From the NCBI GenBank assembly GCA_030625085.1, contig DAOURK010000009.1, positions 1,237 to 65,236 of the forward strand: a stretch of DNA of 64,000 nucleotides. Direction: 5' to 3'. Below the pieces are notes generated by a model that was given only the letters and a program-made list of their open reading frames with translations, searched no databases and was not told the origin of the DNA. Position numbers and translations under genes: made by a program. The number at the start of each line of letters is the position of its first letter. Positions within the stretch are counted from its first letter, which is position 1. Below, piece by piece: positions 10,541 to 21,890 of the stretch. The DNA comes from Pseudomonadota bacterium (GTDB taxonomy: Bacteria > SZUA-182 > DTGQ01).

Positions 10541-12922
10541 TTATTGGAAAAATATCTTAGGTGAATATGAACGTGTTGTTGTGATAAAACATCCACTTCC
10601 AGAACCTGCCTCCTCTTCAATTGCTTCGGGGGGATTGGATGTTGAGGAATTATCATCGTCTAGGATAGAAGAATCTTTATATAAATATGGGCCTATATCC
10701 CAAGCCTCCCCTAAATTTCCATATTGACTATTCCCTACAAAATCATACTGATAACTTAGGCCTAAATCAAGGCCAGAATCGATGCAGGGGGAATTAGCGC
10801 TAAGTCTGCCATCAAAATTATCAGCAAAGGTAATCCTCCATCTTTGATCACTGCCGTCTGTGTCTCCCGCAATACAAATACCATTTGTATGAATGTAATA
10901 AGATGCTTCGCATAAACTGCCGATTATCAAAAATTGGTCTCTCATATCATTTAGGCACGAAAGAAAACTTTGTACATCAGATTTTAAAAGTTCTGTCAGT
11001 TTTAAATCATCATAATTTTCTGGAATACCGTGAAGGAAAAAATTCATGATGCTACCAGTTTCAGCCGCAAAAGATAAGCTGCCTGCTACTCTCTTTAAAT
11101 TCACTCTACTTTTTGAATTTGGATCTAGTTCAGAAATATCTCTGTACCCATTTGGTATAGATGCATAAACTGCTAAGTTAGTTAGATCCCGTATTTCACT
11201 TTTAAGTGTTTCATGGCCGCTTCTTACCATCGTATAGCCTGCCGAATATGCTGTATCCATGACATAATTATTAGAATAATTAAATGGGCAAACAAAAGTC
11301 TTTACTTCATAGTTTATGCAATTAGGGCAAAAGTAACCTTCACCCGGGAGGGATTGAATTATTGCCTCCAACTCTGTTTTAGCCTCAGTAATTTCAACCG
11401 TCAAATACTTTTCCCTGTCAAAAAGACAACAATACCCTTCTGCCAAAGAAAAATTAGAATCAGCTAGACATACAGTTTTTACGTCATCGTCCGAACCAGC
11501 ATCGATAGCACATGTATAACCGGATTGACTATTGAGATAGCTTACGAGTTCACCGACAGTATCGTAATCAGGGTCATGAAGATTAATTGATTGGCCTGTC
11601 GACAATTGCAAAGTGCCAGTCCATGTATTAGAGTCACCATTTCGGTTTACAGCGATATCCATTGTGGCAGTTGAGTGAGTTAAAGTAAAAGCTTTAATAT
11701 CATTCAAATTGCAGTGGCTATGGCTATGGCTGGCAATTTCATGTCCGTCATTGATTAGTTCAACAATAGCTTCTTTCCGATTATTATCAAACGAACCAAC
11801 AACATACATTGCCCAATACATATGCCATCCATATGCCTCAACCTGATCAGCCATCCATTTCGCTTCATCATAATTTCCATTATCATCAATTCCGATTGTT
11901 ACTATCCCTTGTCGAGAATAACTTTGAATTTTTGGAAAATTATCGACAGCATTTGTTTCGATGATCTGTGAATCAAGTTCCGATCCATTATACGTTGGCA
12001 AAACAAGACAATAATCTACACTAACACCTGCACAAGACCCTTTAATAGAAAGAAAACCATCACTAAAGGCAAGTCCGTTTCCTAGAAGAATACAATTTTT
12101 CAGATTGATAATATCAGCATCTCTCCCAGCGCAAATTGCATACTTATAACATCCTGAAAAATAAGAGTTATATATATTAAGATTATTGGATATTGAGGAT
12201 AAAGAAGTCTGAATATAGCGCATAGGGTTAGTAAGACTGGCCCTAAAAATACAATTATAAATATCTGCTTGGGCATTCTTGAAGTACATATAATAAGATA
12301 TGGAAGTAGACCCCAAAAATTCACATTGCCTTATCTTTGCTCCCACTCCGCCATCAAGGCTTATTACTCGTCCACAATTAATAAACCGGCACTTTTCTAT
12401 AGTAAAATTATCACTATTGTTTACAAGGCCAAAAACACAATACGAAGCGTCACTATTTTGAATAGTTAAATATTTTATTGTAATGTTTGGGTCATCATTT
12501 GGATTAAGCCATCTTCCAGCAGATGTGAGATCGATAGTTGTGTCATTCGGGTCTGTGGTCCCCCCCTTTATGGTCACATTGGCGGCTATAGAAGTATATG
12601 CAGCAGTATTGTACACGCCGGGTTGAATAATTAGGGTGTCACCAGCGGCGCTAGCATCCAGCCCCTCATCAACATTATCGTAACTCTTATATCTCCCCTT
12701 ATCACATTGCCGTGACAAAGGATCATAATCACCATCACAATCCCCACCCGGCAGCATGTCCACATATCTTGTTACACCATGTGCAGTAAAAGGGAAAAAC
12801 ATAAGTAATGCAACTACTAATAAAATAATTTTCATTCGCATCTGACTGATCTCCATTGTTTTTTGTCCTGTGAAAAAAATTCTATGATAATTATTGTTTT
12901 TCGATGATATGTGGGTATACAT
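10541..12922 (-). CDS. Secreted multidomain protein: pectin-lyase-like beta-helix, polysaccharide deacetylase (CE4/NodB-like) domain, short CFI-box-like tail (true start probably near MEISQ/MRMKII)
   Basis: Signal peptide MKIILLVVALLMFFPFTAHG. AAAGDTLIIQPGVY, VTIGIDD, GHEIASHSHSH, FVCPFN, FFLHG. Ends SPCIDSG...WDIGPY...GSGSGCFITT. Confidence 0.7.
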   Translation of the reverse strand: MYTHISSKNNNYHRIFFTGQKTMEISQMRMKIILLVVALLMFFPFTAHGVTRYVDMLPGGDCDGDYDPLSRQCDKGRYKSYDNVDEGLDASAAGDTLIIQPGVYNTAAYTSIAANVTIKGGTTDPNDTTIDLTSAGRWLNPNDDPNITIKYLTIQNSDASYCVFGLVNNSDNFTIEKCRFINCGRVISLDGGVGAKIRQCEFLGSTSISYYMYFKNAQADIYNCIFRASLTNPMRYIQTSLSSISNNLNIYNSYFSGCYKYAICAGRDADIINLKNCILLGNGLAFSDGFLSIKGSCAGVSVDYCLVLPTYNGSELDSQIIETNAVDNFPKIQSYSRQGIVTIGIDDNGNYDEAKWMADQVEAYGWHMYWAMYVVGSFDNNRKEAIVELINDGHEIASHSHSHCNLNDIKAFTLTHSTATMDIAVNRNGDSNTWTGTLQLSTGQSINLHDPDYDTVGELVSYLNSQSGYTCAIDAGSDDDVKTVCLADSNFSLAEGYCCLFDREKYLTVEITEAKTELEAIIQSLPGEGYFCPNCINYEVKTFVCPFNYSNNYVMDTAYSAGYTMVRSGHETLKSEIRDLTNLAVYASIPNGYRDISELDPNSKSRVNLKRVAGSLSFAAETGSIMNFFLHGIPENYDDLKLTELLKSDVQSFLSCLNDMRDQFLIIGSLCEASYYIHTNGICIAGDTDGSDQRWRITFADNFDGRLSANSPCIDSGLDLGLSYQYDFVGNSQYGNLGEAWDIGPYLYKDSSILDDDNSSTSNPPEAIEEEAGSGSGCFITTTRSYSPKIFFQ

Positions 12923-13091
12923 TTCAAACGGCAGGTATATATGGTTTTTAATTATGACGACTTTCCCAAAAATAAGGTATGAAATTGGCGGAAATTCATA
13001 TTATCAATTACTTAAATGAATGGTGGGTTAATGTTAAAATTGTAAAAAATAGGTTTTTTTTTGCATTGATTAGAGGGGCTTGGCATGCTGT

Positions 13092-14180
13092 TCATTCTAA
13101 ATCTGCAGCTAATCTATTTAATAATTGGCTGCATACAAATTTATGGCCATATTCATTCCAATGGCTATCATATTTTGAGTTAAATTTGATATGATTTAAT
13201 TTATAGTCTTTTTTCATAGGCTCGATTAGATCTATAAGTTCAAAATTATTTTTTAGACAATATTTCTCAAAAATTTGATGTAAAAAAAGGACATTACTAT
13301 CAAACTTATTTTTATAGAGATCATGCTTAGGGGCATCCATAATAAAAATTATTCTTCTATTCAAATTTTCTAATCTAATTTGATTTAATATATATTTTGT
13401 TGCTGATGATATTAACTCTTTATTTTTCTGTAGGGTGGTAATATTAACATTAGCATTATATTTACCAGTATCATTTTTTTTAAAAACACTCCTATACAAC
13501 TTATTAATTTTTAAATTGTATCGAAGATATTTAAATAATGCGCTATTTTTAATTATACTTTTTATAAATCTATATCTTAAGGATGGATAATATGGGCTTG
13601 GGAGAACTTCTTTTATTTCCTTATTGTTAATTTCTAATCTTAACCAAATATAACTATTTGGATTTAGATGTAAGATGCTTTCGATAAAATCATTATGTAC
13701 AATATTAAAAATAATAATTTCAGGATCAAATAATTTATTTACATATCTATTAATATGTAAATATTGAGAAAATGGTGCACCACTTATGCCAAAGCTATAG
13801 ACATCATAGGTAGTTCCAAGTTGAGCCCTCAAAAGAGAGGGATAGCTTTTATCTACATCTACATGAAATGCTTCAATATAAGAGTCCCCAATCACGGCAA
13901 TCCTTTTTTTTTCTTTTCTCCTTATATAATCTATTGGGCTATTCCATCCATAATTATTAATTCTCCATTTGCCTTTTGGTTGAGCAAATTTACCACCTGT
14001 GAAAAGGCCTTCTTTTCTTGCTTTCGAATCATATAAAAACATTAACTCCTTTTTATCAAAAATGGCCTGAGGAGAGGTTGATGCCACAATTACAAATCTA
14101 AAAAAAAACTCGAAAAATAATATCAAGAATAAGATGGATGGCAAAGTAACTGTAAAAATATTTTTCACTAACTTCTTCAT
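13092..14180 (-). CDS. SGNH/GDSL hydrolase-fold protein (AlgX/AlgJ-like acyl-modification candidate)
   Basis: N-terminal TM segment, IAVIGDSY, SFGISGA, and the DSHWNEYGH DxH motif. Confidence 0.8.
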   Translation of the reverse strand: MKKLVKNIFTVTLPSILFLILFFEFFFRFVIVASTSPQAIFDKKELMFLYDSKARKEGLFTGGKFAQPKGKWRINNYGWNSPIDYIRRKEKKRIAVIGDSYIEAFHVDVDKSYPSLLRAQLGTTYDVYSFGISGAPFSQYLHINRYVNKLFDPEIIIFNIVHNDFIESILHLNPNSYIWLRLEINNKEIKEVLPSPYYPSLRYRFIKSIIKNSALFKYLRYNLKINKLYRSVFKKNDTGKYNANVNITTLQKNKELISSATKYILNQIRLENLNRRIIFIMDAPKHDLYKNKFDSNVLFLHQIFEKYCLKNNFELIDLIEPMKKDYKLNHIKFNSKYDSHWNEYGHKFVCSQLLNRLAADLE

Positions 14181-14347
14181 AATTCAATAATATTATTAAA
14201 ATTTTTGCTCAACATTACATTACAGACATATTTTTTATTAATTCATTCAGCACCATAAGTAAAAAATAAAACTACAACTATGGACGAAATATTTATCCTT
14301 AAGCCAGAGCAGAATAATTAATTAAGATATTATTTCAATCTGGATAT

Positions 14348-15310
14348 TTATTCTTTTTTCGATAGTATGTGGGCACTGCTGACGGTGAGGTCTTCTTCAG
14401 ATATGTTTTTATATTTATTCGATAACTGATTTCTTGCCAACCCATTTTTCCCTTTTACAGGTATTACTGCAACAACTCGAAAGCCAGTATTTTTTAATAA
14501 TCCAATATGAGTAGAAAGCAATTGCCTGTTAAGCAAATAAGGCCTTTGCCCTCTAATTAATCGCCATGTAAAATCAGAATATGATAAATGCCCATTCCAT
14601 ACAGCAGTGATTTTATGACTTGTAAAATCAATTTGATGTGACATAGAGCCCCCCTTTTTTAACCAATAATAAAGGGTCCTGTAAGTGAATTCAAGATCAT
14701 CGACATGCTCTAACACAGCCTGAGAATAAATCATATCAACGCTTTCTTTTCTTATAATATCTGGCCTAAACCAAGGACAGATAAAATTAATTGCATAGTC
14801 CTCATTGACTGAAGTAGAAATATCAGTGAGATTATCTCTGATTCGCCTTATTCTCGCTTCAGTCAATGATTTTTTAAGTTGCCTTTCGGTGATGGATGCA
14901 TAAGGAAATTTATAAGTCGCCAATCGAGGATATACATTTGGAAATTCTTTATTGTCGGGAATATTTTCCCGGTTTTTAAAAAGAGGGATCAATTCATTAA
15001 ATATTTTTATATTTTGCTCTTGACTGGTGAACTTTACGACGTCAAAAGCAAAATAATTTTGTGCGCCACCAAGTAATCCCGCCAACCCACTCCCGATAGA
15101 ATCCCCAGGCCCAAGTTCAGCTACTGTGTTCGGATAGCCCCTTACATTGCCAAATTGAAAGAGTATTGAAAGATGCCTCAACCACACGCCATAACAATAT
15201 CGTGCAGAACAGGTCCCTCCCGTTCCTTTTCGTAAAAATGAGCCGGGGATAAAGCTCTTCATGCTACCAAGTATTGGTCTTAATCTATTTATATATCTGT
15301 TGTTAATCAT
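14348..15310 (-). CDS. Class I SAM-dependent methyltransferase
   Basis: VAELGPGDSIG, DMIYSQAVLEHVDD, LKKGGSMSHQIDF. Confidence 0.8.
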   Translation of the reverse strand: MINNRYINRLRPILGSMKSFIPGSFLRKGTGGTCSARYCYGVWLRHLSILFQFGNVRGYPNTVAELGPGDSIGSGLAGLLGGAQNYFAFDVVKFTSQEQNIKIFNELIPLFKNRENIPDNKEFPNVYPRLATYKFPYASITERQLKKSLTEARIRRIRDNLTDISTSVNEDYAINFICPWFRPDIIRKESVDMIYSQAVLEHVDDLEFTYRTLYYWLKKGGSMSHQIDFTSHKITAVWNGHLSYSDFTWRLIRGQRPYLLNRQLLSTHIGLLKNTGFRVVAVIPVKGKNGLARNQLSNKYKNISEEDLTVSSAHILSKKE

Positions 15311-15450
15311 TTTGATGAATATTGATTAATCGAAAAGTGATACTAGGAAGGATTTTTATAATTAGGCACTTAATTCTAAATTTCGTAATTTTTATGATAG
15401 AAAATTTTAAGACCTTTTTGTCTCCAGCTTATCTGGATTAGGAAATACTT

Positions 15451-17124
15451 TCAATAAATAATGGCTAAATTTTTCGGTTTTGATATTCCATAGACAAAAG
15501 CACCAATTTCCCAGGAACTGCCATGCTCATTTTGCTGTAATACCTCAGAGAAAAATGGCTCTTGATTATAGCTTAGTCCATAAGAAAATTTATCATCAAG
15601 AGGAACACCTTTATCAATACACGGGGATGCTGGTAATAATTCAAAACGATTTAAAGTTATATCAATAAATTGTGGATTATCAAAGATATTATCAGGGCAA
15701 ATTTTTAAAAAATCATTCCAATTTTCTGAGTGGTAATAATTTTTTTTCCACTTAACAATATTACCGCCGCCCTTTTTATAGAGACAATTATTTTCTATTT
15801 TAGGGGTTTGCCCATGTCCCATCCAATAGATTGATATAAAATTTGGATCATCAATGGCTTGAGAAATTATATTATTGATGATATGAACTCCCTCTGGCCC
15901 GCTATGTGCCAGGCAGACAAGTTGTTTGCAGGTGCCTTGACCATTATATATAGTATTCGAATAAATATAGTTGGTGCCCACAGCCCCATTATTAAGGTAA
16001 ATGCCGCCCATATCTTTGCCATATGATTCAGAATTGCCAATAGGGTTAATCAATAAATTATAATAAAAATATAATCCTGAAGTATTAAGTATTCTTATGT
16101 TGCCTTTACAATTAACAAACTTGTTATAATAAATGTCTATCCCTTCAACGGCATTGGGCTCACCTCCCAAATGTATGGCTTCACCATCAATAGTGTCATG
16201 AAAATAATTACTATATATTTTATTATTTTTCACTTGGCAATCAGGGGCACTTATTACGCTGTGGACAACAATAAAAGTCTTCCCTCCTTGCCCTCCTATA
16301 CCGAGAAAAGCATTGGTATTATACATTTCATTTCTGTAAATTTGACAATTAGAGGATGCCTTGACATCAATAATATTCTCTCCTGCATTCCAGAAGAGAT
16401 TATCATGAATATGAGTATCAACAGAACAACGATAAAGATGAACACAATCTGCTTCAATATTTGATATTTTATTATTATATATCTCAACCAACCCTATATT
16501 TATGTCGATAATAGCGATACCCATAAAATCTGTGCCACCACTGGGTATTTTCTCAGGGCCCCAATTACTTAAAACACATTCTTTAATAATAATATTCCCC
16601 TCACAATCCTTAATCCCTATGGCATTTTTACCGAAACCTCCTGTTGCTTTTCCATCTCCAATAACACCGGAGATAATGAGATTGTTAATATTCTGAAGGG
16701 TTATGTTATTGTCTTTATTTTCGTATCTATTCGAACCGCTAATATCAATATCTTTGATTGTCAAATTTTTTATTTTAATATCACCATAAATTCTAATTGG
16801 CTGTATTTTATTACCGTCTATTATTGGTTTTTTGCCTTCCCCATAGCTTTGGATAACAAAATTATTTACCTTTGGATTCAACAGCGTGGCATCAGCAAAG
16901 GTATCACCTCTTTTAAAGCTAACGGCATCTCCATCAGAAAACTTAAAATTATTAACCTTTCCTATAGTGGCCCATGCTTCATCATCGCTTAACCCTTGCT
17001 TGTTATCATCTCCACCATTCTTAACATAATAGGAAGCAGCAAGACACTGATTATAAACTATAATCTTCATCAAAAATATGAATAGGATAAGGACAAATCC
17101 AAAAATATGATATTTATTTTTCAT
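15451..17124 (-). CDS. Secreted right-handed parallel beta-helix protein (lyase/adhesin-like)
   Basis: Signal peptide, YYVKNGGDDNKQGLS..AWATIGKVN, Asn/Ile-rich repeats, C-terminal SPCIDKG...WEIGAFVY. Confidence 0.75.
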   Translation of the reverse strand: MKNKYHIFGFVLILFIFLMKIIVYNQCLAASYYVKNGGDDNKQGLSDDEAWATIGKVNNFKFSDGDAVSFKRGDTFADATLLNPKVNNFVIQSYGEGKKPIIDGNKIQPIRIYGDIKIKNLTIKDIDISGSNRYENKDNNITLQNINNLIISGVIGDGKATGGFGKNAIGIKDCEGNIIIKECVLSNWGPEKIPSGGTDFMGIAIIDINIGLVEIYNNKISNIEADCVHLYRCSVDTHIHDNLFWNAGENIIDVKASSNCQIYRNEMYNTNAFLGIGGQGGKTFIVVHSVISAPDCQVKNNKIYSNYFHDTIDGEAIHLGGEPNAVEGIDIYYNKFVNCKGNIRILNTSGLYFYYNLLINPIGNSESYGKDMGGIYLNNGAVGTNYIYSNTIYNGQGTCKQLVCLAHSGPEGVHIINNIISQAIDDPNFISIYWMGHGQTPKIENNCLYKKGGGNIVKWKKNYYHSENWNDFLKICPDNIFDNPQFIDITLNRFELLPASPCIDKGVPLDDKFSYGLSYNQEPFFSEVLQQNEHGSSWEIGAFVYGISKPKNLAIIY

Positions 17125-17252
17125 AATTTTCTTTTCGGTATAATAATCCGCTACCGATTAAAAAATTATTTACATTTAAATATACTCCTTAAAGAACAAA
17201 TTGCGCGTTTATTCGATGTGCAAATATTATCAAACATTCAATATCTCAAGAT

Positions 17253-18374
17253 CTATTGTAAAATCAAATCGTTATAAGCCTTTACCATCTGTTTTCTTGA
17301 AAATTTTTCCCTGATCAAGTAACTGGACCTTTTGCCCATTGGTACAAATAATTTTTCTATAATCATTCTTTCAAGGCAATTTGCCAAAGCCCATACATCT
17401 CCCGCGGAGAATAAAAATCCATTATCTCCATCCTTGACTTGTTCAGAAGCGCCACCAATATCGGAGGCGATAATCGCTTTCCCAAGGGCCATTGCTTCGA
17501 GTATGGCTATTGAAAAAGTTTCTGAGATTGAACAAATCACCAGCATATCGGATATAGCCACATAAGGTCGCACATCACATTGAAAACCTACAAAGATCAC
17601 CCACTTATCCATATCGAATTGCTTTATATGTTTTTCGATCTTTAGTTTTTCAGGGCCGTCACCGATAATAAGAATTTTTACCTTCAGGCCTTTGTCAACT
17701 AATAACTTTCCTGCACTAATAAGATCAGTGTGTTTTTTTTCAAATCGCATGGCAGCACATATGCAAATAATCACTTCATCGTGTTTAATATTTAATTGGT
17801 TACGAAGTTGAAGCTTTTCCACTGAAGATAATCGATAGGTAAAATAATCTAAGTCTATTCCATTATAAATATATTGACATAAATTTTTATTAATATTATA
17901 TTTTTTTATCCAGTAATCCATTTGATTTTTACATACAAAGACAATATCATCGCAATTTTTCATTAAATTTTTATATATAAACCTATGAATCAAAATGTGA
18001 TAGAGATTAAATATAGCCGTAGTATGGAAGACTAAGATGAAGCGATATTTCAGGTGAAAAAAAAATTTTACTAAATTAACATAAAAAGTAGGATAAAGAT
18101 TTATGCATATTATTATTTCAGGTTGAATATTTTGGATCAGCCTTCTGAGTTTCAATAAAACATTAATATCGAATTTTCTTTTCTTATCAAGGCAGAATAA
18201 ACCTGACATCTGAGTTTGATTTATCTCTTTTTTAAGATGTTCGATCCTTTTTAAATAACAAAAAAAAAGATCAATCTTTGAAGCGTCAAGATGGTTTATT
18301 AAATCAATGGTTTGTTTTTCAGCCCCTCCAAAGGTAAGGGAACTAATGATAAAGAGGATTTTTTTTTTTGCCAT
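17253..18374 (-). CDS. Glycosyltransferase family 4
   Basis: GGAEKQ and SETFSIAILEAMALGK. Confidence 0.9.
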   Translation of the reverse strand: MAKKKILFIISSLTFGGAEKQTIDLINHLDASKIDLFFCYLKRIEHLKKEINQTQMSGLFCLDKKRKFDINVLLKLRRLIQNIQPEIIICINLYPTFYVNLVKFFFHLKYRFILVFHTTAIFNLYHILIHRFIYKNLMKNCDDIVFVCKNQMDYWIKKYNINKNLCQYIYNGIDLDYFTYRLSSVEKLQLRNQLNIKHDEVIICICAAMRFEKKHTDLISAGKLLVDKGLKVKILIIGDGPEKLKIEKHIKQFDMDKWVIFVGFQCDVRPYVAISDMLVICSISETFSIAILEAMALGKAIIASDIGGASEQVKDGDNGFLFSAGDVWALANCLERMIIEKLFVPMGKRSSYLIREKFSRKQMVKAYNDLILQ

Positions 18375-19474
18375 CAGGATAATCTCATTACTAAATCATC
18401 GTATAAATCAACAATTCCTGTGGAATGATTTTCCTCAAAATACTTGGTTATTCGGCCTGTATTATTAAAAGAAAAGCTGAGAAAGCTGCGGAGTATTTCT
18501 TGAAGTTCCAACTCTGATTGCGGCACAAAGCCCAGGCCTTTTTCTTTGATAATATTATCGGGATCGAAAAACGATATCACCGGAATACCCCGTCTCCAAG
18601 CTTGAAGTAATGTATTTGGGAAGCCTTCATAAAGTGAGGTGTTGATAAAAACTTTACATTGGTCAAAGTATTTTTCAGTTTCTTCAAAAGACAGAAATCC
18701 TAAAAAGTTTAAGTTTTCAAGCCTCTGACACTCCTTCTTTACCTGGTTAAAGAGATTGGCCTCGAATGCACTCGATCCTCCAATCATTATGAACTTTTCG
18801 TTGGGGAAAGCCTTGGCTAACCGGATAAAATACATGGGCCTTTTCCATTCTCGGATGGTCGCCACCCAAAGAATGTATTTCCTATCTGAATTTGGTAAGA
18901 ATTTTGATTCGGCTAAAATAAAATTGGGAATAATAAAGCTCTCTAACCCATAATTATTGCATAAGAGGTCCTTCTGGCGTGCTGATTGGACGAGAATGAT
19001 CGAAGCCCGCTTTAGACCATAATGATAAAACCATTTATCGCGGATAAGTCTTATACGCTCCTTACCTGGAATAAAATCATTATCCAGGGCACCGGCAAAA
19101 ATATATTTTTTTTTGTAAAGCTTGCAAAAAATGGCTAAAATACCGGGAAGAAAACCTGCTGCGCGATTATAATACACATCTGCATCAGCGTAAATGAGAG
19201 CTTTCCATATTTTGTATAAACGTGGATAAAAAAATCTGCATCCCGAAATCCCTTCATTTGATTTATATGCTTTAAAGATCTTCAAATGGTCAATAGACAC
19301 TGCCTCAGGTTGACCAAAATCCTCGGTAATAAAGGAAACTTCATACCCTTTACTTTGTAATCCTTTTGCAATATAAATTTGCTGCAACTCGGCCCCACCA
19401 ATTTTTTTTATTTTATATTTCTTTGAGAGGCTAGGATAAACATTTGGTGCCAAAAAGCATATTTTCATTAGCAA
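18374..19474 (-). CDS. Glycosyltransferase family 4
   Basis: GGAELQ and TSLYEGFPNTLLQAW. Confidence 0.88.
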   Translation of the reverse strand: MLMKICFLAPNVYPSLSKKYKIKKIGGAELQQIYIAKGLQSKGYEVSFITEDFGQPEAVSIDHLKIFKAYKSNEGISGCRFFYPRLYKIWKALIYADADVYYNRAAGFLPGILAIFCKLYKKKYIFAGALDNDFIPGKERIRLIRDKWFYHYGLKRASIILVQSARQKDLLCNNYGLESFIIPNFILAESKFLPNSDRKYILWVATIREWKRPMYFIRLAKAFPNEKFIMIGGSSAFEANLFNQVKKECQRLENLNFLGFLSFEETEKYFDQCKVFINTSLYEGFPNTLLQAWRRGIPVISFFDPDNIIKEKGLGFVPQSELELQEILRSFLSFSFNNTGRITKYFEENHSTGIVDLYDDLVMRLS

Positions 19475-19497
19475 TAGTGAGATAATTATTTTAGTGT

Positions 19498-20733
19498 CTA
19501 TTTTTGGTAGTAATCTACAAAGATAAAAGCTACAGAAGTGTAATAAAGAGTAACAACATATTGGTTGACGTAGAACATAGCGCCTGCGAAGAAAAGACTC
19601 ATGGCAAAGGGTATGATAATTGAAATGCAGATTGCCGCCATATCTCTTCTAAATTCTATTTCAGGTGTTCGAGGGGACATCTGGAGCAAACGTACGGAAT
19701 AGAAAAATGGATAAAAAAAGATAGCTAAAAAGGCTAAAAAACCAATAATTCCATAATTTGCCAGCGCGGTGACGAATTCATTATGCGCGTCATAGTTCTT
19801 CTTGGATGCATGGGGGAAAAATCTTCCAAAATTTCGATTATATCCCTTATATCCTAAACCAATCCAAGGAGATTCTAAAAACATTTTTAAGCCTGCCAGT
19901 GTCATGTTCCATTTAGACAATACTTGTATATCTAATTCTGCTTTCTGAAATCGTGCAAACCGCTGACTAAAAAACGCTGATTCTGACATGATCAAACCAA
20001 CAATCACAGCAATAGTTAATATAAGCCCTATTTTGATGAATTCTTTTTTTATAAAAAAATAGCTTATAAGGGCAACCATCATAGCAAGAAATCCCTTTCT
20101 AGAAACTGTACTCAGGACGCCGCCGATAATACAGAGCATAGCAATCCAAAGGAAATATTTTGGAATTATTTTTTGGCTGCCTGCATAGAGAATTATAGGG
20201 ATAGTAAGAGCCAGAAATACAGCGAAACCATTGGGCCCACGAAATGTCCCGAAGGCTCGTATAGTGCCGGTTGCTTCTGTATAGCCGAAAATAAACTGAA
20301 CAATTCCTACTAATGATAAAATTGGTGCCACATAAGCGATATGTCTGATAACTTTATGGATATTTTCCTTATCTCGAAATATATTAATGCCCACTAAAGC
20401 AATAACAAAAGGGATAAAAAGACTGTCAAAATAAGTTTGTAAAAAATTTTGATTATATAGTTCTTTAGACCATGATACAGAAACAAAAACAATGAATATG
20501 AAAAGAAAAAGAATAAAAGTCCATTTATGTAAAATTTTGATATCTGAGTGTATGGTTAAGTCCATAGAAAAAGATAATAAAAGTAAGTAAGAAATAATTC
20601 TTACAACATCAAGATCAGGGATCCCTGCTCCAAAATGAGTTTTAGGAAGAAAAATACTCACTAATGGAATATAGCATACAAGAATAAAATAGATAAAATA
20701 AGTAAGCCTAAAATAACTTTTCCTGGCAGCCAT
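19498..20733 (-). CDS. O-antigen ligase/Wzy polymerase family membrane protein
   Basis: Multi-TM. RAFGTFRGPNGFA, TVSRKGFL, SPWIGLG, DAHNEFVTALANYGIIG (Wzy_C-type signature). Confidence 0.85.
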   Translation of the reverse strand: MAARKSYFRLTYFIYFILVCYIPLVSIFLPKTHFGAGIPDLDVVRIISYLLLLSFSMDLTIHSDIKILHKWTFILFLFIFIVFVSVSWSKELYNQNFLQTYFDSLFIPFVIALVGINIFRDKENIHKVIRHIAYVAPILSLVGIVQFIFGYTEATGTIRAFGTFRGPNGFAVFLALTIPIILYAGSQKIIPKYFLWIAMLCIIGGVLSTVSRKGFLAMMVALISYFFIKKEFIKIGLILTIAVIVGLIMSESAFFSQRFARFQKAELDIQVLSKWNMTLAGLKMFLESPWIGLGYKGYNRNFGRFFPHASKKNYDAHNEFVTALANYGIIGFLAFLAIFFYPFFYSVRLLQMSPRTPEIEFRRDMAAICISIIIPFAMSLFFAGAMFYVNQYVVTLYYTSVAFIFVDYYQK

Positions 20734-20759
20734 GTAAATTATCCTTTCCGGTTAGTTTG

Positions 20760-21863
20760 CTATAAAAAAGCGACAAGAGCGGGTTTAGGCGGATTTTTTA
20801 CAGAAGTAGGTTTTTTTAAATCTTCCCATTCAAGAAAATCCATCATTTGTAAATATTCCGGTTCCCAATGACCTGGATACCAATTCAGTGATGCGTCCCA
20901 GTAACCAGGGCAAAGTGATATTTTAGAACCCTTGTCTGCACCAAAGGCATAACTAAATTCAACCACAACAGGATTCTTATTCCGATCGTAAAGAAAATCA
21001 TAAGCCATGGTTTCAAATCCTAATTTTTGTGAAATAGCAAAGGCAATTTGAATAAACTGCTTATCAATTTTTTCCGGTTCAAAGCTCGCCTGCAAGCTTC
21101 CAGAGGCCCTGAAATCTTTGGGCCTATTTAAGCGTTGGAAGGCAAAAGCCCGATTACCGATAGTAACGACCCTAGTATCATACAAATTATCCGGCAGAAA
21201 CTCTTGGAAAAGGGCATAGTTCTTATTAATCTGCCAGTCTCTATCAAAATATGCCTGCCCCTCTTTGAGTCTATTTTTAATCTCCCCTCCGCGCTTTCTC
21301 AAAACACTTACTATACCCCTATCTTTAATATCACGTCGAAAAGTTCCCGGCAGGTTCAATTTGTTTGACACTCCGCGGCCAAACATGAGACGGACCAATT
21401 TTTCTCCCTCATGTTTATTTTTTAATTTCAGGACTGACCGCGCGCCGGCGCCGCCCTTTAGTTTAAAAATTAAAGGGTAATCTGCAGTTTGAATAAATTT
21501 TAAAGCTTTTAATTTATCATAGAATATCCAACATTCGGGTGTAGGAAAGCCATATTGCGTTAACAGATAGTATTCTCTTATTTTATTATCATAGGCCCAA
21601 CAGCAGTTAACAGAAGGAAAACACTTTATGCCGAGATCCTTCTCAATAATAGGAAGAATATTTTTAGCGATCTGACTAGGATAGTCATATTGATTCCATC
21701 TAAAAATAAATCGATCACATGTTTTTACATCTTGCCAAAATGAATTTGAGTTAACATCCAGTATGATAAAATCAATACCGTTGTATTTTAGTATATCGAT
21801 GTCCCTATGACTCGAATAACTAAGCAACATTTTTCTCATATTTGGATGAATAGCAACTCGCAT
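20760..21863 (-). CDS. RimK-like ATP-grasp ligase
   Basis: YDNKIREY, PLIFKLKGGAGARSV, FQEFLPDNLYDTRV, RPKDFRASGS, MAYDF, VEFS. Confidence 0.85.
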   Translation of the reverse strand: MRVAIHPNMRKMLLSYSSHRDIDILKYNGIDFIILDVNSNSFWQDVKTCDRFIFRWNQYDYPSQIAKNILPIIEKDLGIKCFPSVNCCWAYDNKIREYYLLTQYGFPTPECWIFYDKLKALKFIQTADYPLIFKLKGGAGARSVLKLKNKHEGEKLVRLMFGRGVSNKLNLPGTFRRDIKDRGIVSVLRKRGGEIKNRLKEGQAYFDRDWQINKNYALFQEFLPDNLYDTRVVTIGNRAFAFQRLNRPKDFRASGSLQASFEPEKIDKQFIQIAFAISQKLGFETMAYDFLYDRNKNPVVVEFSYAFGADKGSKISLCPGYWDASLNWYPGHWEPEYLQMMDFLEWEDLKKPTSVKNPPKPALVAFL

Positions 21864-21890
21864 AAAATTCTTATAGATGAAGAAAAGGTT

